A stretch of DNA of 42,692 bases from Clostridia bacterium (GTDB lineage: Bacteria; Bacillota; Clostridia; Oscillospirales; Acutalibacteraceae): contig JAKSQR010000001.1 in the NCBI GenBank assembly GCA_024404065.1, forward strand, positions 1 through 42,692, given 5' to 3'. Under the pieces are notes generated by a model. It was not told the DNA's origin and ran no database searches. It saw only the letters and a program-made list of their open reading frames with translations. Positions 38,117 through 42,692 of the stretch are shown here, piece after piece (within the stretch, counting starts at the first letter, position 1; every line of letters begins with the position of its first letter). A program made the translations under genes and the position numbers.

Positions 38117-40882
38117 ATGAGTGATTTTCTTAATTCAATGTCAAATGATGACGAGCTTGAATCAATACTCAGAGAGATGAAGGGTATTAAGGCTGAGGAT
38201 GAGAATACCGAAGCTGAAGCCTCAAGAAGCTGGTCCCTTGATGATATAGATAAGCTTATTGCAGGCGAAAAGGTTGAGCATAAGCCAGAGAAGCTTGCAC
38301 CTAAAACATCAAGATTTTTCAGTGATGAGCTGGATTCAGATTTATTCTCCGTTAAGCCTATTACAGAGGATGCTCCTGTAATTGAGGACATCTCTTCAGG
38401 TAGCACAGATGACCTTGATGGTCAGGAGAAATTCTTTGAGGAAGAGGCTCAGCAGGATAATTTTGATGCTGAAAGCTTTGAGATTGAAACTGTAATTATG
38501 CCTGATGATATTCCTCAGGCACGTGTTAATAAATATAACAATGCTCCAAAAGAGCCCGAAGAGCAGGCTCCGCCCAAAATTGAGGAGGAAAAGCCTGAGG
38601 AGAAGGCTCCCATTGATTACAGAGAGAGATTTTTCAAGAAGCTCACCCTTGATGATATCGGCTTTGTGCCTGACAGCGACCCTGAGCCCACAGGCCCTAT
38701 TGATAAGCCGGGCACAGTAGTATTTAAGCACGATGAGAGCAAAAATGATAATTTCCTTGACCCACTGCCCACAGTAAAGGCTGCAGAGGACGCAAGCAAA
38801 TTTGATATGGAAAAAACCCGCATTGCAGGTACAGCTGCTCCTGTATCAAAGCCTGCTGAAAAGCAGAATGACGATGTAGAGGGTCAGATTGTACTTACAG
38901 GCTTTGTAGATATTCCTGAGGAGGCCATCCCCGAAAAGGATACAGAGGGCAATATGGAAGAGAGCCTCTGGAACAGACGCCAGGAAAAGGCTAAGACCTT
39001 TGTTGTTGAGGGCATTGATGACGAAGGCTTCGGCGAAGGCTTTGACGAAATTTCAGAGAATGTTGATGATTACGTAGCTCCTGAGGTAAAAGAAAAGAAG
39101 GAGCCTAAGAGCCACCTGCTTGTAGATCACGTAGGCGAATATACAAACGTTTCAGAGAGAAACACCATCTACAATAAGCTGGGCAACAGAGTTAAGAGAA
39201 AGCAGAGGTCAGCTATTATAGTAGCTGCAATTGAGGGCGTACTTCTTCTGCTCACAATTGTTCCTGCAATTATTAACCTTTTAAGTGGTGAGGGTGCACT
39301 TGGTGCCCTTGCAGGCAATGAATTTTTACTCAGCATTTTAAGTGCAGTGCTTATTATTGTTGCAATAGCTATTGATACAGAGAAATTCATAGACTCCCTC
39401 AAGGGTCTCTTCAGCGGTAAAATTACAGGTGACACCGCAGTTGCAGTTGCCGCAGCCGTTGCATTTTTACAGAATACTATTTCAGCAGTTACAGGTGGCG
39501 AAACACCTACCTTCGGTGTAATAGCAGTAGCAGGTCTTCTTATCAGCAGAGTTACTGAGCTTATAGATGCAAAGCGTGTATTCAATAACTTTGCAGTGTG
39601 TGCCTTTACCTATGAGCATAATATGAGTGCAATTCACAGCCTTGATAATGAGAGCGAAGTATTTGAGCTTGGCAGAGGCTTGCTTATGGGCAATGCAGAC
39701 CTTATTTATTCATCTAAAGCAGAATTCCCCGAAAACTTCATTAAAAACTCAGACAGCAAGCAGGATAGTGAAAAGTATACATCTATCTTACTTATTGCTT
39801 CCCTTGCACTTTCAGCAATAGTTGCTGTTATAGTTGGCGCCGTAATTAAGGATTACAGAGCAGTTCTTGCAGCCTTTGCAGCAGGCGTTACCCTGAGCGC
39901 TCCCGTATTTGCAAAGTTTATACCATCATATATTACTTACATCCATAACCGCAGCCTCAACCATGAGGGCACTATGATTGTATCCCTTGATGCAGCAGAA
40001 AAGGTTGCATCTGCAAACGCAGTGGTAGTTGACGCAGCAGATATATTTGACCGTGATTCCTGCACAATGCACGGTATGAAGAGCTTTGAAACTATGAGAA
40101 TAGATGTAGTTCTTCTTTATGCAGCTGCAATGGTTATTAAATCCGGCGGACCTCTCAAGGAGAGCTTTGAGCAGGTTGTAGACGGCAGGCAGGATTTACT
40201 TCCCCCTGTAAGAGAGCTTGTTTATGAGGATAAAATGGGTATCTCTGCAAGAATTTATGAGCAGAAGGTATTACTTGGTAACAGAAGTATGCTTACCCAC
40301 CACAATATTGAAGCTCCCGACCCCAAGCTTGAGGAGAAGTATTCACACGATGGCAGAAAGGTAATTTACCTTGCTGTTAACGAGAAGCTTGCAGCTCTGT
40401 TTGTAGTAAGCTACAGTGCAGATGAGGAAACCAGAATTTACTTTAAGCAGCTTGAAAAGAGCGGCATACAGACCCTTATCCGTACAAATGATGTAAACGT
40501 AACAGAGGACCTTATTGCTGAAAGATTTGAAATAAACGCAAGTAATTTCAAGATTCTTTCATCTGTTGCAGGCAGACTTTATAAGAGAAGAAAGGATGCC
40601 ATCAGCGAAACAGTAGAGGCAGGCGTTATTCACGACGGCAAGCCACAGTCTATGCTTAAGGCTATTGCAGCAAGCTGCAAGATGAGCACAAGAAGCAAGA
40701 TAGGCACAGCCCTTCAGTTTGTGCTTGTGGTAGCTATGGTAGCCCTTACTGCAGTATTTGGTATTACAGGCGCTGTAACAGGTATTGCCACATGGATTGC
40801 AATACTGCTTATGATAGGTGAAATAGCAGTTGTTGTAGCTGCACTTACACCTTTTGATTATATCTTTAATAAAAAACAATAA
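38117..40882 (+). CDS. Large membrane protein: acidic low-complexity N-terminus plus degenerate P1B-type ATPase-like C-terminal region
   Basis: About 340 D/E/P-rich residues, then TM helices. LDAAEKVASANAVVVDAADIF aligns to ..ALE......VVFDKTGTL, and LLGNRSML and GRKVIYLAVNEKLAALF resemble P1B N/P domains. Confidence 0.7.
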   Translation: MSDFLNSMSNDDELESILREMKGIKAEDENTEAEASRSWSLDDIDKLIAGEKVEHKPEKLAPKTSRFFSDELDSDLFSVKPITEDAPVIEDISSGSTDDLDGQEKFFEEEAQQDNFDAESFEIETVIMPDDIPQARVNKYNNAPKEPEEQAPPKIEEEKPEEKAPIDYRERFFKKLTLDDIGFVPDSDPEPTGPIDKPGTVVFKHDESKNDNFLDPLPTVKAAEDASKFDMEKTRIAGTAAPVSKPAEKQNDDVEGQIVLTGFVDIPEEAIPEKDTEGNMEESLWNRRQEKAKTFVVEGIDDEGFGEGFDEISENVDDYVAPEVKEKKEPKSHLLVDHVGEYTNVSERNTIYNKLGNRVKRKQRSAIIVAAIEGVLLLLTIVPAIINLLSGEGALGALAGNEFLLSILSAVLIIVAIAIDTEKFIDSLKGLFSGKITGDTAVAVAAAVAFLQNTISAVTGGETPTFGVIAVAGLLISRVTELIDAKRVFNNFAVCAFTYEHNMSAIHSLDNESEVFELGRGLLMGNADLIYSSKAEFPENFIKNSDSKQDSEKYTSILLIASLALSAIVAVIVGAVIKDYRAVLAAFAAGVTLSAPVFAKFIPSYITYIHNRSLNHEGTMIVSLDAAEKVASANAVVVDAADIFDRDSCTMHGMKSFETMRIDVVLLYAAAMVIKSGGPLKESFEQVVDGRQDLLPPVRELVYEDKMGISARIYEQKVLLGNRSMLTHHNIEAPDPKLEEKYSHDGRKVIYLAVNEKLAALFVVSYSADEETRIYFKQLEKSGIQTLIRTNDVNVTEDLIAERFEINASNFKILSSVAGRLYKRRKDAISETVEAGVIHDGKPQSMLKAIAASCKMSTRSKIGTALQFVLVVAMVALTAVFGITGAVTGIATWIAILLMIGEIAVVVAALTPFDYIFNKKQ

Positions 40883-40889
40883 AAAATGC

Positions 40890-40918
40890 TTGACAATTAA
40901 GCATTATTGTATTATTAT
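40890..40918 (+). promoter_or_regulatory. Sigma-A promoter of infC operon
   Basis: TTGACA-17 bp-TATTAT. Confidence 0.75.
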
Positions 40919-40930
40919 AACTGCACAACA

Positions 40931-41050
40931 AAGAAGAGCAAGCAGGCTCTCACCTTCCGGATTTAGTCCAGGTTGGTCAATAGCAGCAGACCTTAAAGGG
41001 TCATTTTGCATTGATTAATTACGAGGTGGAGTATGCTCCGCCTCGTTTTT
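40931..41050 (+). ncRNA. L20 leader (attenuator) of infC-rpmI-rplT
   Basis: GAGC..GCTCTCACCT 5' element can pair with AGGTGGAG, competing with terminator CGAGGTGGAG-TATG-CTCCGCCTCG-TTTTT (41022-41050). Position matches the Firmicutes L20 leader. Confidence 0.8.
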
Positions 41051-41077
41051 GTGTTATTAAATTTGGGGGTGCTTATT

Positions 41078-41596
41078 ATCAGTAAGCCAGAGCAGCAAAT
41101 CAATGAAGAAATCCTTGACAAGGAAGTAAGACTTATATCTGAAGAGGGCGAGCAGATGGGCATTATGTCCGCTGAAGAGGCTCTTAAAATTGCAGAGGAA
41201 AGAAACCTTGACCTTGTAAAAATTGCACCTATGGCAAAGCCACCTGTGTGCAAGATTATGGATTACGGTAAGTTCAGATTCGAAAAGGCTAAGAAAGAAA
41301 AAGAAGCTAAAAAGAATCAGAAGATTATTGAGACTAAGGAAATCAGACTTTCTCTCAACATTGATACTCACGACTTTGATACCAAGATTAACCACGCAAA
41401 GAAATTCCTTGCAAGTGGCAACAAGCTTAAGGTATCCATCAGATTCAGAGGCCGTGAAATGGCTCATCCTGAAATAGGCCTTGGCATTATGAAGAAGGCA
41501 GAAGATGCACTTGTTGACGATGCCATTGTTGAAAAGCCTGCAAAGCTTGAAGGCAGACAGATGCTTATGTTCATGGCTCCCAAAGGCTCAAAGTAA
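41078..41596 (+). CDS. infC: Translation initiation factor IF-3, non-AUG start (ATC 41078 or ATT 41075)
   Basis: [24 protein letters not shown]; RBS GGGGGTG at 41065-41071. Confidence 0.97.
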   Translation: MSKPEQQINEEILDKEVRLISEEGEQMGIMSAEEALKIAEERNLDLVKIAPMAKPPVCKIMDYGKFRFEKAKKEKEAKKNQKIIETKEIRLSLNIDTHDFDTKINHAKKFLASGNKLKVSIRFRGREMAHPEIGLGIMKKAEDALVDDAIVEKPAKLEGRQMLMFMAPKGSK

Positions 41597-41619
41597 AAAT
41601 TATTAAGGAGGATATACAA

Positions 41620-41817
41620 ATGCCTAAGATTAAGACTCACAGCGGCGCTAAGAAGCGTTTCAAGATTTCAAAGGGTGGCAAGCCCATGCGTGCACATGCT
41701 TACAAGTCACACATTCTCAACAAGAAGAGCACAAAGCGTAAGAGAAATCTTCGTAAAGTTACAGTTGCTGATACAACTAACGTTAAGCAGATCAAGAGAC
41801 TTGTACCTTATAAATAA
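41620..41817 (+). CDS. rpmI: 50S ribosomal protein L35
   Basis: [14 protein letters not shown]. Confidence 0.99.
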   Translation: MPKIKTHSGAKKRFKISKGGKPMRAHAYKSHILNKKSTKRKRNLRKVTVADTTNVKQIKRLVPYK

Positions 41818-41855
41818 TTAACAAATTTACCTAATACTATCGGAGGAAATAAATT

Positions 41856-42212
41856 ATGGCACGTATTAAAGGCGCTACAATGACTCGCAAGAGAAGAAAT
41901 AAAGTTCTTAAGCTTGCAAAGGGCTACTACGGCTCAAAGCACGCACTTTTCAAGACAGCTAAGCAGGCTGTTATGAAGAGCGGTAACTATGCATACATCG
42001 GCAGAAAGCAGAAGAAGAGAGACTTCAGAAAGCTCTGGATCACCAGAATTTCAGCTGCTTGCAAGATGAACGGCATGAACTACTCAACATTTATGAACGG
42101 CCTCAAGAAGGCTAACATCGATCTTAACAGAAAGATGCTCTCAGAAATCGCTATTTCTGACCCCGCTGCATTCACAGCACTTACAGAGAAGGCAAAGGCA
42201 GCTCTTAACTAA
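41856..42212 (+). CDS. rplT: 50S ribosomal protein L20
   Basis: [30 protein letters not shown]. Confidence 0.99.
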   Translation: MARIKGATMTRKRRNKVLKLAKGYYGSKHALFKTAKQAVMKSGNYAYIGRKQKKRDFRKLWITRISAACKMNGMNYSTFMNGLKKANIDLNRKMLSEIAISDPAAFTALTEKAKAALN

Positions 42213-42226
42213 GAGTTACTTTTGAT

Positions 42227-42262
42227 AAACCGCTTTCCCAATAGGGAGAGCGGTTTTCTTTT
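42227..42262 (+). terminator. Terminator of infC operon
   Basis: AAACCGCTTTCCC-AATA-GGGAGAGCGGTTT-TCTTTT. Confidence 0.85.
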
Positions 42263-42305
42263 GTTTATATGCGGGTATAACAGAAAAGCAAAATAATATC
42301 AGACC

Positions 42306-42340
42306 AAAAAGAAAGAGCCCTGATTTTTCAGAGCTCTTTT
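42306..42340 (-). terminator. Terminator of ANTAR gene
   Basis: AAAGAGC.CTGA..TCAG.GCTCTTT hairpin with A-run on the left. Confidence 0.65.
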
Positions 42341-42692
42341 ATGCATATTTGTTTATAACAATATTTGCTATTTCAACCTTTGTTGCACAGGCGTCCATTG
42401 CCTGCTTCTCAATATACTTATGGGCAGCCTCTTCCGTCATGCCCTCTTTATCTATAAGCACCCATTTGGCTCGGTTTACAAGCCTTATTTCTTCCATTCT
42501 GTCCTCAAGGGTTGAGGCCTTCTTTTCCATCTTGCGCAGCTTTTCTCTGGCAGCCTTCATCCAGTTTACGGCAAGCACAAAGGTTTGGGTTGAGAGGGGC
42601 TTTGCAATAGTAAATACACCGCCCTGATTTACTCGTGGGTCTATATCGTCATAATCCTCAGATTTAAGCAGCATAAGGCATACCGTATTGGG
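42339..42692 (-). CDS. ANTAR-domain antiterminator/response regulator, 5'-truncated by window edge
   Basis: VNRAKWVLIDKEGMTEEAAHKYIEKQAMD ANTAR signature, preceded by a coiled coil and receiver-like KP; frame open to the window end. Confidence 0.9.
   Translation of the reverse strand, partial: PNTVCLMLLKSEDYDDIDPRVNQGGVFTIAKPLSTQTFVLAVNWMKAAREKLRKMEKKASTLEDRMEEIRLVNRAKWVLIDKEGMTEEAAHKYIEKQAMDACATKVEIANIVINKYA

Noticed and set aside
1-42692. CRISPR arrays, tRNA/rRNA genes, transposases, prophage or defence genes
   Set aside because: No regularly spaced repeats, cloverleaf/T-loop signatures or such proteins were seen by eye. Small degenerate elements could have been missed.

Overview
Chromosomal segment of a low-GC Gram-positive anaerobe. 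Clostridia, probably Oscillospirales-like, is inferred from gene order, sigma-A promoters and protein sequences. From left to right it holds a truncated lipase, a GH5 endoglycoceramidase-like gene, an alkaline phosphatase and a WG-repeat/SH3 protein. A 1.4-kb region without credible long ORFs follows (5034-6437), then the S10-spc-alpha ribosomal superoperon (rpsJ to rplQ, lacking adk). After that come two lipoproteins, a PAP2 phosphatase and a tetrameric NAD(P)-linked [FeFe]-hydrogenase operon interrupted by a six-gene sensory/kinase cassette. The right end has GH31, a U32-like/metallophosphoesterase/CxxC/Nudix cluster, rlmB, a degenerate P-type-ATPase-like membrane protein, the L20 leader with infC-rpmI-rplT, and a truncated ANTAR regulator. 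No tRNA, rRNA, CRISPR array or transposase was seen. The best novelty candidate is 5057-5380: a strong promoter drives an ~90-nt structured sRNA that is co-linearly complementary to the RBS, start codon and coding region of a mini-ORF transcript just downstream, an antisense or type-I-TA-like pair. Also notable are orphan tandem NrdR-like boxes, an unusually long multi-domain S10 leader and the pseudo-P-type ATPase. All structures and motifs were read by eye and none were computed.
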